From an uncultured Verrucomicrobiota bacterium (GTDB lineage Bacteria > Verrucomicrobiota > Verrucomicrobiia > JABWAM01): a stretch of DNA of 64,000 nucleotides. The stretch spans positions 69,264-133,263 of the forward strand of contig CAYYYL010000003.1 in assembly GCA_964475835.1 (NCBI GenBank). Reading direction: 5' to 3'. The notes beneath the pieces were generated by a model. The model saw only the letters and a list, made by a program, of their open reading frames with translations. It did no database searches and was not told the DNA's origin. The position numbers and the translations under genes are program-made. The stretch's first letter is position 1. Every line of letters starts with the position of its first letter. Below are positions 1 to 9,184 of this stretch, one piece after another.

Positions 1-8
1 ATGTCGGG

Positions 9-2552
9 ATGTCCTGTCGCCTTTTTCTGCTGCTCCTCCTGCCCTCTTCCCTTTTCGGTTTTCCGCTCACCTATCCCGATCCCGGAACCCTTGAATATCC
101 TCCATTGGGGACGGTTCAACTCCGAATTCTTAGCCCCGTCCTGCTGGAACTCTTCCTCGTCAGCTCAAAGAAGGGGGGACAGGAGGTAGAGCCATGGGAT
201 TTTATCTCCACGGGAAAACGGGCGCGACTCACCAGCCTTGTCGTTCAGACCGATTCGAAAAACGTCCCCATCCAGCGCACCGGATTCCGCCGTCGCGTTC
301 TCTCCGCTCCCTTGAAACATCCCGATCTTCGAATCGGGAATTCCCTTTTTTTGCAACTGGCCGAGCCCCTTACCCCTGGGTCCAATGTCTCGGTTCAAGA
401 TCCCAAACATCTCCTGGGAGACCTCCCACCCCATCTCCAGACCGTGTTTTCCAAAACCCGATGGGCTCCCTCCATTCACGTCAATGAAGTGGGTTACGCT
501 CCTGGCAAACCAAAACATGCCATCGTGGGATACTACCTGGGTGACCTTGGCGAAATGGAACTCGATCCGCACCTGGAGTTTCACCTGGTAGACCCTCAAA
601 CTGGAAAGATTGTGTTTCAAGGCAAACTCCAGAAAAAAGAGGATCTCGGTTTCCCCGCCCCATGCTACCAGCACGTATTCGACGCAGACTTCAGTTCCTT
701 CGAAACCCCGGGGTGTTATGCCATCGAAATCCCGGAACTTGGAAGGTCCTTTCCTTTTCTCATTCATGAAGGCCTCCCCGCCGCATTCGCACGCACACTA
801 GCTCTGGGGCTCTATCACCAACGATGTGGCAGCGCCAACGCCCTTCCCTTCACCCGGTTTATTCACGACGCATGCCATCTCCCCCAAGCCGACATCCCCA
901 CATCCAAATTTGAGACGGTTCAAAAACTGCTCGCAAAAACCACCGAAGACGCGAAAAGCAATCCCGCCCACACCGCTCCTCCACTCAAATCCATCCAGGC
1001 TTCCCTCTATCCATTCCAAAAAAGTGGGAAAATTGATGTCAGCGGAGGACACCACGACGCCGGCGACTACAGTAAATACACCATCAATAGTGCCCAGCTC
1101 ATCCACCATCTTGTTTTCGCGGCAGATGCCTTTCCCGGAGTCCCCGATCTCGACAACCTCGGACTTCCGGAAAGCGGGGATGGGAAAAGCGACATCCTTC
1201 AAATCGCAAAATGGGAGGCCGATTTCCTTTCGAAAATGCAGGATAGCGATGGAGGATTCTACTTCCTCGTCTATCCACGGGACCGTCCCTACGAAGACAA
1301 TGTCCTCCCCGACAAAGGGGATCCCCAGGTCGTCGCCCCCAAGACCACCTCGGTGACCGCCGCCGCAACCGCCGCCCTGGCCCAAATCGCCACATCCCCA
1401 CGCTTCAAGGAACAATTTCCAGAAGATGCCGCAAAGTATCTCCAACAGGCAAAAGCTGGATGGACCTTCCTTCAGGTGGCTTGGAAAAATTTCGGCAGGC
1501 AGGGCTCCTATCAGAAACTCACGCACTACGGCGATTTCGCCATGGATCGGGATGAAATCGCCTGGGCAGCCACCGAGATGTACCTTGCCACCGGAAATCC
1601 CGCGATTCACAATTTCCTGAAAAAAGAATTCGACCCCTGTGACCAAAGCACCTGGCGTTGGTCGTGGTGGAGCCTTTTCGAGGCCTATGGCTGCGCCGCA
1701 CGCAGCTATGCCTTCGCGGACAAAACCGGCCGCCTGCCCGTTGAAAAACTCGACCCCGCACTTCTCGAAAAATGCCGCCGTCAAATACAGCTTCGCGCCC
1801 GCGACTGTCGCTCCGATAGCGAAACCTCCGCCTACAGCACCCCGTTTCCCCGGGAGGCCAAGCGACACATGAAACTCGGCTGGTTTTTTTCCAGCAGCAC
1901 CTCCTTTGATATCCTGGTCGCAAACCAGCTCGAATCCTCTCCAAGATTCATCGATGCGGCGCTCGGTTGCCTCAACTATGAAGCCGGTTGTAACCCAGGA
2001 CACATCTCCTTCATCACCGGTCTTGGGTGGCGGCGTCCACACGAAATCGTCCATCAATACGCTCAAAATGACACCCGGGTCCTTCCACCTTCCGGACTGT
2101 TGATTGGAAACATCCAACTCTCCTTTCCAAACCTCCGCATCTACGGAAACGAACTCAATGCTCTCTCATTCCCCCAGGATGAGGCCACCCAACAACCCTA
2201 TCCCCCTTATGATCGCTGGGGTGACACCTTCGACGTCAGCACGGAAAGCACCATCGTGGAACTCTCCCGGACCCTGGCAAACTTCGCCTGGTGGATGGCC
2301 CAATCTCCTCTTAAATCGCAACCATGGAAATCCGCCGATGGAAAAATTGTGATCGACTCCAAAACTCCCCTACCCGTGGCTCATCTCGAAGTCCCAGGGA
2401 TGGACTCAAGAGAGGCTTTGATAGTTTGGGAAACCTCAAAGCAACAGGTCGTCATGGGCCCCGAACTTCCCATTTCTGATAAGACTGAATGGATTGAAGC
2501 TGAAGCCCAGTGGCCTGACGGCCGCCGCGTCTTCGCCCGGATCGAACTTTGA
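9..2552 (+). CDS. Secreted glycoside hydrolase family 9 (endoglucanase-like) with N-terminal Ig-like region
   Basis: True ATG at 9. N-terminus MSCRLFLLLLLPSSLFG is signal-peptide-like. Catalytic-domain motif DVSGGHHDAGDYSKY matches the GH9 signature (GGxxDAGDxxKF/Y). About 300 aa precede the catalytic core, as in GH9 enzymes with a CelD-type Ig domain. Confidence 0.75.
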   Translation: MSCRLFLLLLLPSSLFGFPLTYPDPGTLEYPPLGTVQLRILSPVLLELFLVSSKKGGQEVEPWDFISTGKRARLTSLVVQTDSKNVPIQRTGFRRRVLSAPLKHPDLRIGNSLFLQLAEPLTPGSNVSVQDPKHLLGDLPPHLQTVFSKTRWAPSIHVNEVGYAPGKPKHAIVGYYLGDLGEMELDPHLEFHLVDPQTGKIVFQGKLQKKEDLGFPAPCYQHVFDADFSSFETPGCYAIEIPELGRSFPFLIHEGLPAAFARTLALGLYHQRCGSANALPFTRFIHDACHLPQADIPTSKFETVQKLLAKTTEDAKSNPAHTAPPLKSIQASLYPFQKSGKIDVSGGHHDAGDYSKYTINSAQLIHHLVFAADAFPGVPDLDNLGLPESGDGKSDILQIAKWEADFLSKMQDSDGGFYFLVYPRDRPYEDNVLPDKGDPQVVAPKTTSVTAAATAALAQIATSPRFKEQFPEDAAKYLQQAKAGWTFLQVAWKNFGRQGSYQKLTHYGDFAMDRDEIAWAATEMYLATGNPAIHNFLKKEFDPCDQSTWRWSWWSLFEAYGCAARSYAFADKTGRLPVEKLDPALLEKCRRQIQLRARDCRSDSETSAYSTPFPREAKRHMKLGWFFSSSTSFDILVANQLESSPRFIDAALGCLNYEAGCNPGHISFITGLGWRRPHEIVHQYAQNDTRVLPPSGLLIGNIQLSFPNLRIYGNELNALSFPQDEATQQPYPPYDRWGDTFDVSTESTIVELSRTLANFAWWMAQSPLKSQPWKSADGKIVIDSKTPLPVAHLEVPGMDSREALIVWETSKQQVVMGPELPISDKTEWIEAEAQWPDGRRVFARIEL

Positions 2553-2630
2553 AGTCTTTGGCTCCCCACCTTCACTCGCACCCCCGGTCGGCTTGACCGC
2601 ACAATCCCCCGGCCCTATACTGGTTGTTCC

Positions 2631-4031
2631 ATGGTTACGAGACGGATTCAGGGCCTTTACCATATCCATTTCATATTACAGGTGCTGATCGTCATCATCA
2701 CCTACTGGCTCTTTGTCCTCCGATTCGTTGAGCTTCACGACCTGACTTGGTTTGGCCACTATCTTCTCTACTGCGTCCTCATCGTTCTGGGACTGATGGC
2801 GCATGAATTCAGATCCACGCACGAATACCAGATCGGTGTTCTTCACGGAAATCTCAAAGCCTGTCATCGTCTGGCAAGCAGCAAAGTGGTCTACGCCACC
2901 GCCTTTCTCACGTTCTACCTGCTCGCAACCCGGGATGTCACCATCTCACGAGTCTTTCTCTTCACCTTTCTGCCCCTTACTTACCTGATTCTCTTTGTCA
3001 CGGATTGGTGGATCCCCAAATCCCTGGCTGAGAAGATTTTTAAGGGCATTCACGAACAGCGAACCCTGCTCATTGGATCAGGATTTCGCGCCGGCGCCTT
3101 GAATGCATGGCTTAATCGCAAGGAATTGCTTGGCGTTCGTCCCGTGGGACTTCTCAACGATGAAAAGGACAAGGGGGACAGTCACGGCGTTCCCATCCTC
3201 GGTGGCACGGATGATCTCGAGCGTGTCATCCGGGAACAGGACGTCACCCATGTCATTCTTCTGGAGTTCCCTTTCTTTCCAAAACTCATCACCCACATGG
3301 TGCATATTTGTGATAAGCTCGGCGTCCGCCTGCTGATGGTGGATAATCTGGAGGAACGTTTTCTGCATCCCATCACTTATTTTGAAGATGATGGCATTCG
3401 ATTCATCTGCATTCGTGACGAACCTCTTCAAAATCCGGTCAACCGTCTTCTCAAACGCGTGGTGGACATCGCCATCTCCCTTCCAGTGGTTCTTATCATT
3501 CTCCCCGTAGTCACCCTGGTCGTCTGGCTCTGCCAGAAGATTCAATCTCCAGGGCCCGTTTTTTACTGGCAGCGACGTGCCGGTTTGCAAAACAAAGAGT
3601 TCGATATTCTGAAGTTTCGCACCATGCGCGTGGACAATCCGGATGTCAGCAAACAAGCCACCGTTAATGACGATCGCATCTATCCCGCGGGCCGCCTTTT
3701 CCGAAAATTCAGTATCGACGAGCTTCCCCAGTTTTGGAACGTGCTCCAGGGGGAAATGAGCGTGGTTGGCCCCCGCCCACACCTCATCCAGCACAATGAA
3801 CAATTCGCGAGCATCATGGACAGCTACTACATCCGGGCTTTCGTGAAACCAGGTATCACCGGGCTTGCCCAAATCAAGGGATTTCGAGGGGAAACCAAAC
3901 TCAACGAGGATCTCACCCGCCGCATCCAGTGGGACCTTCACTATGTCGAGAACTGGTCGCTCGATATGGAAATTTCAATTATTTTCAAAACCTTCGGCAA
4001 GGTCCTTTTCCCTCCAAAAACAGCGTATTAG
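2631..4031 (+). CDS. Exopolysaccharide polyprenyl-phosphate sugar phosphotransferase (WbaP/EpsB-type bacterial sugar transferase)
   Basis: Five N-terminal TM helices followed by a central linker. C-terminal bacterial sugar transferase motifs KRVVDIAISL...FYWQRRAG...KFRTM...DELPQFWNVLQGEMSVVGPRP. Confidence 0.85.
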   Translation: MVTRRIQGLYHIHFILQVLIVIITYWLFVLRFVELHDLTWFGHYLLYCVLIVLGLMAHEFRSTHEYQIGVLHGNLKACHRLASSKVVYATAFLTFYLLATRDVTISRVFLFTFLPLTYLILFVTDWWIPKSLAEKIFKGIHEQRTLLIGSGFRAGALNAWLNRKELLGVRPVGLLNDEKDKGDSHGVPILGGTDDLERVIREQDVTHVILLEFPFFPKLITHMVHICDKLGVRLLMVDNLEERFLHPITYFEDDGIRFICIRDEPLQNPVNRLLKRVVDIAISLPVVLIILPVVTLVVWLCQKIQSPGPVFYWQRRAGLQNKEFDILKFRTMRVDNPDVSKQATVNDDRIYPAGRLFRKFSIDELPQFWNVLQGEMSVVGPRPHLIQHNEQFASIMDSYYIRAFVKPGITGLAQIKGFRGETKLNEDLTRRIQWDLHYVENWSLDMEISIIFKTFGKVLFPPKTAY

Positions 4032-4074
4032 TTCGTTTCAATAAAACGGAAGGTGGGGTTTTGGGACTGGGCTT

Positions 4075-4145
4075 TGAAGGGAGCGCTCCGCCGTTGCCAA
4101 CTTATAGGACGAATGGCGACGGCGGAACGTCGCCCTCCATTTTTC
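4075..4145. repeat. GC-rich nested palindromic repeat element, copy A (degenerate left arm), followed by T-run
   Basis: Right arm GGCGACGGCGGAACGTCGCCCTCCAT (4115-4140) followed by TTTT. The left arm TGAAGGGAGCGCTCCGCCGTTGCC is a decayed complement. A 16-nt loop separates the arms. It lies between convergent genes (sugar transferase + / MCP -). Confidence 0.5.
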
Positions 4146-4268
4146 TAACAAATGAATTTCCACCTTCCTTTTGTCCGCTTCACGATGAAACAGCCACCCA
4201 AACTTAACAGCCCGGCTGATTTCACGACTTTTGAGAATCAAAGGCTATGCGCATGGACCACTGGATCT

Positions 4269-5774
4269 TCATTCCAAGACAGGACCTTCCGCTTCATTCT
4301 TTCGGAACTCCAATAAATTTTTATTTGAAGCAGACTTTCTTGGTGCAACATCTGAAACCACTCTTTGTTCACCTGGGGAACCGGTCAACCGAACAAGTTT
4401 CACCACACTTTCCCTTAAGTTTTCGGCCTGGGAATTCAATTCCAGGGCCGAACTCGCCGTCTCCTCTGCAGAAGCCGCATTGGATTGAGTAACCTTGTCC
4501 ATCTCTGAAACAGCCGTGTTGATCTGTTGAATTCCCTGGCGCTGCTCCCGGGATGCGCCCGCAATTTCCCCAACCAGGTCATCGACCTGCCGAACTTTGG
4601 GCACGATTTCCTCCACGTTTTTCCCAACCTTCCGACTAATCTCCACTCCAATCTGAATTTTTTCAGAAGTTCGTCGCGCGGCATCCGCACTCCGGCGGGC
4701 AAGATTTCGAACCTCATCCGCCACCACGGCAAAACCGGAACCAGCCTCACCGGCACGAGCAGCCTCCACAGCAGCATTCAAAGCTAGAATGTTGGTTTGA
4801 AATGCAATCTCATCAATCGTCTTCACAATTTTGGAAACCTCATCCATGGCTCCCGACATCTCCTCCAGGTCCCGGACGCTTTTCTCAGCCACCTCACGTG
4901 TCAAACCACTAAGTTCCTTTGCCGACTGGGCACTTTCAGCGTTTCGTCCCGTCATACTCGACATCTCTTCAAGCGAGGCGCTTGTTTCTTCAAGCGCGGC
5001 CGCCTGCCTTCCCGCCCCCTCCGCCACCAGCGTGCTGGCATTGGAAATAGAGCTGGATGCCACCCGAACCCCCTCAGCCCCTGTTTGAAGCGTTTCAGAA
5101 AGGCGACCCAACGGCAGCGAAATTTGATAACGGACCAGAATTACAACCAAAATTCCAACTAACAAAATGAGGGCTGCTGCCGTCAGTGCGGCATTTTTCA
5201 AGTTGGCTATTTTTACATCTTTGGACGATTTCGCCCAATCCACCCGGGCTTGGTTCAGGTCAGCGTTGTCGAAGCGAAAGGCAAGAACACCACCCACCGA
5301 ACCCTGCTTGAAATCAGCATGGCATTCGATGCACTTGCTAGTAACGGGAATAGGCAGGAAAAACTCGGATGCGTTGTTTGCAAAACGTTTGACCGTGTTT
5401 GTTGAGCTGAGCAACGTTTTCCTGAGATCCTCGGGAAGATTTTTCTTCAATTGGGAAGGATTGGAGGAATAGGCTACCACCCCTTCCTGATTGTGGAGGG
5501 AACATTCCAGCACACCAATCGATTTTTGTTGTTCCAGAATTTTCCCTATCTTGTCCATCTCCACATCAATCATCGCCTGCTGAATAATCCCCTGGTTGGA
5601 ACGGGTAAGCTTCTCAACCCAGCCCCACTGATTTTCTTCAGCCCTTTTCAACCCCCGCTCCGCCATACCTCGCATCAAGGCACTGGAACTCAGAAATTGG
5701 AGTCCCTGGGATCCCAAATACACCACCACAATACCCGACAAAAGAGAGACAAGAAGCTTGGTCTGAAGTTTCAT
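4269..5774 (-). CDS. Methyl-accepting chemotaxis protein with periplasmic CxxCH (c-type heme) sensor domain
   Basis: TM1 at roughly aa 7-25. Periplasmic segment of about 170 aa containing KCIECHADF (CxxCH). TM2 [18 protein letters not shown], then a HAMP-like region. Canonical MCP signalling domain ([22 protein letters not shown]...[19 protein letters not shown]...[17 protein letters not shown]...[10 protein letters not shown]). Confidence 0.85.
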   Translation of the reverse strand: MKLQTKLLVSLLSGIVVVYLGSQGLQFLSSSALMRGMAERGLKRAEENQWGWVEKLTRSNQGIIQQAMIDVEMDKIGKILEQQKSIGVLECSLHNQEGVVAYSSNPSQLKKNLPEDLRKTLLSSTNTVKRFANNASEFFLPIPVTSKCIECHADFKQGSVGGVLAFRFDNADLNQARVDWAKSSKDVKIANLKNAALTAAALILLVGILVVILVRYQISLPLGRLSETLQTGAEGVRVASSSISNASTLVAEGAGRQAAALEETSASLEEMSSMTGRNAESAQSAKELSGLTREVAEKSVRDLEEMSGAMDEVSKIVKTIDEIAFQTNILALNAAVEAARAGEAGSGFAVVADEVRNLARRSADAARRTSEKIQIGVEISRKVGKNVEEIVPKVRQVDDLVGEIAGASREQRQGIQQINTAVSEMDKVTQSNAASAEETASSALELNSQAENLRESVVKLVRLTGSPGEQRVVSDVAPRKSASNKNLLEFRKNEAEGPVLE

Positions 5775-5935
5775 CGCGATAATTCGAAAACAAACATCAC
5801 ATCACGAATACAAATAAGTTATCGGCCGCCAAGGATGCAGTTTTAACAAAATTCAATCATTAGCCCTCTCCTATTCTGCACAACACCTCTCGCAAATTGT
5901 CTTCAGACAAAAGCACCTGGATGACGGGGCACATA

Positions 5936-5986
5936 AATGGAGCCGGCTATCGGATTCGAACCGATGACCGACGGTTTACAAAACCG
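5936..5986. repeat. attL: 51-bp direct repeat, a duplicate of the 3' half of tRNA-Thr
   Basis: 5936-5986 is identical to 12858-12908 (AATGGAGCCGGCTATCGGATTCGAACCGATGACCGACGGTTTACAAAACCG). It covers the 3' acceptor/T-arm/anticodon-stem portion of the tRNA, on the minus strand. Confidence 0.8.
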
Positions 5987-6226
5987 GTTTAGATGATTTT
6001 GAAAAAATCGCAGTTTCTAGACTGAAAAGCGATTTTACCTATGAAGATTGCTCATTTCGGTTAACACAAGGGAGCACAACCAAGCCCAAAGAAAACCAGT
6101 TAAAGCGGCACATTTTGGCACATGCAAATCGCATCTGCTGCTAGTCATTTTACACTGTGGATGCAAGAAACGAATGCTACTCTCAGTCTGTCGCTTTAAA
6201 GTCATCACTTCGGATATGCTGTCAAT

Positions 6227-6454
6227 ATGTCTAAATCCGACCTTAGGGAGATTTTGGCAGAGAATGTACGTGCATACCGGCTAAGAAACGGTCTGTCCCA
6301 AGATGTATTTGCTGACCAGTGTGGTCTACATCGAACATATGTCGGTTCCCTTGAGCGTAGTGAGCGAAACGTGACACTTGCAACTCTTGAGCTGGTCGCG
6401 AAGGCTATTGGAGTTAGTGTGCCTACTCTCTTGACCAAAAGAGAGGGGAAATGA
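6227..6454 (+). CDS. XRE-family HTH regulator; candidate controller (C) protein of the R-M system
   Basis: 75 aa. Cro/C1-type HTH (LSQDVFADQCGLHRTYVGSLERSERNVTLATLELVAKAIGV). Its stop overlaps the start of the downstream gene (ATGA at 6451-6454), the classic C-R arrangement. Confidence 0.7.
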   Translation: MSKSDLREILAENVRAYRLRNGLSQDVFADQCGLHRTYVGSLERSERNVTLATLELVAKAIGVSVPTLLTKREGK

Positions 6455-7521
6455 GCGTGCTCCAACGTTCACCAAGCGATTACGCTGCAGCGATCCGGGC
6501 CAGTGAGCTTTCGATTTATGATGCAATTGACATTGGTTCGTCGCTTTACATTCCCTCATCAGAACTAGAAATCCTCTTGAATGAAGGTCTGAAAGGGTTT
6601 TCAACGTCTGGGATGCCGTTGAGGACGAGATCCAAGGCAGTGAAAACCCGAATATGTGAAGTCCTCGGCTACCCCATACCATCTTCTTTCAGAAGAACGC
6701 AACCGCGATTTTTAGGTCAAAATTTTGACACTTATATACAGAAAAGCAATAATCTCCAGATATGGAACGAAGAACTCTCGGCTACCCGTCGATATGTGCT
6801 CATTCGTGAAATTGATGGAGTTTTGAGTCGAGTTCGAGTCATTACGGGTGAAATTCTGGCTGAATTGGATACGACCGGGACGTTAACTCAAAAATTTCAG
6901 GCGCGATTGGTTCCAGGAACCACGAACATAGAACTAGTCTCCGCTACGGATACGGAGCCGTTGGCAACCCTTCTGGCCCGAACCTCACCTGATTCTTTTG
7001 ACGCCTCTCCCACTGATTATCCTCAGACAGGCAAGCTCATGCCAGTGGCTACAGTTTTTGAGCGACTTCGTAGTTTGGTTGGAAGATGTTTCGAGGATTT
7101 AGGGTCTGATCAAGAGCGTAATCGTGGAGCGACATTGCACCGTTTGATTTGTAGCGTTCTAGGTTATAACCGATATGCCGACGACGGACGTTTTCCCGAC
7201 GTGAAGCATCAACTGATCGAGGTGAAGTTGCAGACATCGCAGACGATAGACCTTGGCCTTGTGACTCCTGAGAGTGTGGAACCTTTGGATATCCCAAAAG
7301 TCGGAGAAGTGCAAATCCGACACTGTGACGTTCGTTATGCGATATTCGAGGCAGCCACAAACGGCAAGACAATTACCATTCGCGGCTTTTATTTGACAAC
7401 CGGAAAAGACTTCTTTTCCCGTTTCACCCGCTTCGGAGGGAAGGTTCTGAACAAAAAGCTTCAGATTCCATTACCACACAAGCTATTTGAGGCCGAAAGC
7501 CTCTCGAATGTACTGGGCTAG
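6451..7521 (+). CDS. Putative type II restriction endonuclease
   Basis: 356 aa, no recognisable global homology by eye. C-terminal PD-(D/E)xK-like motif FPDVKHQLIEVK. Translationally coupled to the C gene, and its 3' end overlaps the convergent N6A methyltransferase by 39 bp. Confidence 0.45.
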   Translation: MSVLQRSPSDYAAAIRASELSIYDAIDIGSSLYIPSSELEILLNEGLKGFSTSGMPLRTRSKAVKTRICEVLGYPIPSSFRRTQPRFLGQNFDTYIQKSNNLQIWNEELSATRRYVLIREIDGVLSRVRVITGEILAELDTTGTLTQKFQARLVPGTTNIELVSATDTEPLATLLARTSPDSFDASPTDYPQTGKLMPVATVFERLRSLVGRCFEDLGSDQERNRGATLHRLICSVLGYNRYADDGRFPDVKHQLIEVKLQTSQTIDLGLVTPESVEPLDIPKVGEVQIRHCDVRYAIFEAATNGKTITIRGFYLTTGKDFFSRFTRFGGKVLNKKLQIPLPHKLFEAESLSNVLG

Positions 7522-9093
7522 TTCATCAGCGAGGTGGTTAGCCTTGTCGCTTGGGGTTGTTTCGTAAATCCGTTTGACCGTTGTGACGATTTTCTTAGCG
7601 AGTGGAGTCCTTGGATTGGGTACAGGAAATTTTTCGACATATTGGGTCATGAAGCGACGTCGTCCCGCGTAGAGCTTGTTATGAAAACTGTGATCATAGA
7701 ATTCCTCAATGAAGCGAGAATTAGCGACAGCCAAAGCAAGCCAGAGCAGATCGATATCCTTGTCGTCTTCAATGGCGAGCCAATAGCAGTCTCCTTGGAC
7801 AATTTGATCATCTAGGCTCATCCAAAAGGTCGGTTTTTCTGCAATGTCCTGAAAAACCAGCTTTGGACGTTTCCAAAAGGAAGGTTTGTGTGCCACCCAG
7901 ATTTCAAACCACTGGCGGCCAGCTTTGAGAACATAAGTCCTCGCCTCGAGGACCTCCCGTTTGCTTTCAAGGTAAGCCTTCGAAATCGGATATTTATCAA
8001 GATTAACCGCGATTTTCTGGCCATTCTTTTCCACATGAGGATAAAGAATCTCGCGATCAGCAGGGAATGCTAAATATCGGCGGGCGACATTGTGCGTAAT
8101 TAAAGGCCGAAGCAGTTCAGGCCTAGGCTCAGGCCATTCCTTCCTGACAAAAACTCCATCCGCTGTAGTTTTTACGCCCACTCTGATTTTACCAATATCA
8201 CCGAAAGTGCAGAATGTATTTGCCCGGACGGTTTCCAGCCATTGATCGCCTGATTGAGTTCCAATCCGCCAAATCCCATCGCTATGATCAAGAACTCCGT
8301 GTTTAACAAGGAACGTGCGATTACTGATTCCGATTACGCCTGCAATATCGAGGGCTTTGAGTGGAGAAGTGACATGTACTTCAGGCGTTTCGTTCGTAGT
8401 ATAGATTGAGGACATCTGCGATGGATAGGGAGTTTGGTCTCCTTTTTTTCGCAGAAGAAGTACGGCGGGTAGCACCGCTGCATCGAAGAGCTTTGTATCT
8501 CCAAGATCCCAAACGTGCAGCACATTAAATCGGTCCAATATGCGTTCACGCACAGTGGCACCGGCCTTGGTCGTCATAAAGCGATTCGAGACAATCACGC
8601 CAGCAAGCCCACCGGGATTCAGTACCTTGGCAATGCCTTCAAGGAATGCGAAATAGATATCCACACGCCCGCTGAGATCGAATTGTACCGCAAGCTCTTG
8701 AGCACGAGTGGCCCCAAGTACCTGTGTACGAACATAGGGTGGATTAGCGATTACCACATCGAATTTCTCGACACGATGAAAAAGGTCGTCCTCCATGTGT
8801 TTAAATGCGACTTCAAGGAAATCCTGTTGTTCAATGCGCCCATTGACTCGTTCCTTCGCAGTTTCGAGAGCTTCAGAGTCGAGATCGAAACCTACTAAGT
8901 TAGCGGCTGGACGTTCCTCCTGAAATGCTAGGAGAAGCTCACCATCACCACAGGCTGGGTCGAGAACTAGGGGGGATTCTGCTGTGCATATCCGTGAGAT
9001 CTGATGAGCGACGAAACGAGCAAGCTCTTTGGGCGTGTAGTGTGCTCCCTGGGACTTTCGTTTGTCGACCAGAAGAGGCGTTGTCGTATTCAT
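7483..9093 (-). CDS. N6-adenine DNA methyltransferase (gamma-class, Eco57I/TaqI-like N-6 DNA methylase domain)
   Basis: HYTPKELARFV, motif I DPACGDGELLLAF, motif IV IANPPYV. The long C-terminal half is consistent with a target-recognition domain. Confidence 0.85.
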   Translation of the reverse strand: MNTTTPLLVDKRKSQGAHYTPKELARFVAHQISRICTAESPLVLDPACGDGELLLAFQEERPAANLVGFDLDSEALETAKERVNGRIEQQDFLEVAFKHMEDDLFHRVEKFDVVIANPPYVRTQVLGATRAQELAVQFDLSGRVDIYFAFLEGIAKVLNPGGLAGVIVSNRFMTTKAGATVRERILDRFNVLHVWDLGDTKLFDAAVLPAVLLLRKKGDQTPYPSQMSSIYTTNETPEVHVTSPLKALDIAGVIGISNRTFLVKHGVLDHSDGIWRIGTQSGDQWLETVRANTFCTFGDIGKIRVGVKTTADGVFVRKEWPEPRPELLRPLITHNVARRYLAFPADREILYPHVEKNGQKIAVNLDKYPISKAYLESKREVLEARTYVLKAGRQWFEIWVAHKPSFWKRPKLVFQDIAEKPTFWMSLDDQIVQGDCYWLAIEDDKDIDLLWLALAVANSRFIEEFYDHSFHNKLYAGRRRFMTQYVEKFPVPNPRTPLAKKIVTTVKRIYETTPSDKANHLADELAQYIREAFGLK

Positions 9094-9184
9094 GCCTGCT
9101 ACTTTTAGTCATCACACTCAGCATGGTCAAGACTCAACAGGTCTTTTATCCTGAAATCAACGTCTCACACTGGATTGATGGCCA

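Noticed and set aside
1-189. ORF 1-189 at the window edge
   Set aside because: It is an alternative frame overlapping the true GH9 start (ATG at 9, with a signal peptide), and is Cys/Ser-rich nonsense.
798-2117. Long antisense ORFs opposite recognisable genes. Examples: 798-2117(-), 3078-3941(-), 14987-15919(+), 20433-20966(-), 25900-27021(+), 30739-31929(+), 32795-33409(-), 33512-34009(-), 35212-36345(-), 36742-37401(-), 37510-38439(-), 40609-41430(-), 43836-45023(+), 46630-48093(-), 50786-51394(-), 51637-52404(-), 52438-52983(-), 59445-60137(+).
   Set aside because: They are shadow ORFs typical of high-GC DNA, with Gly/Arg/Ala/Pro-rich low-complexity translations. In every case the opposite strand encodes a protein with clear family motifs or operon context.
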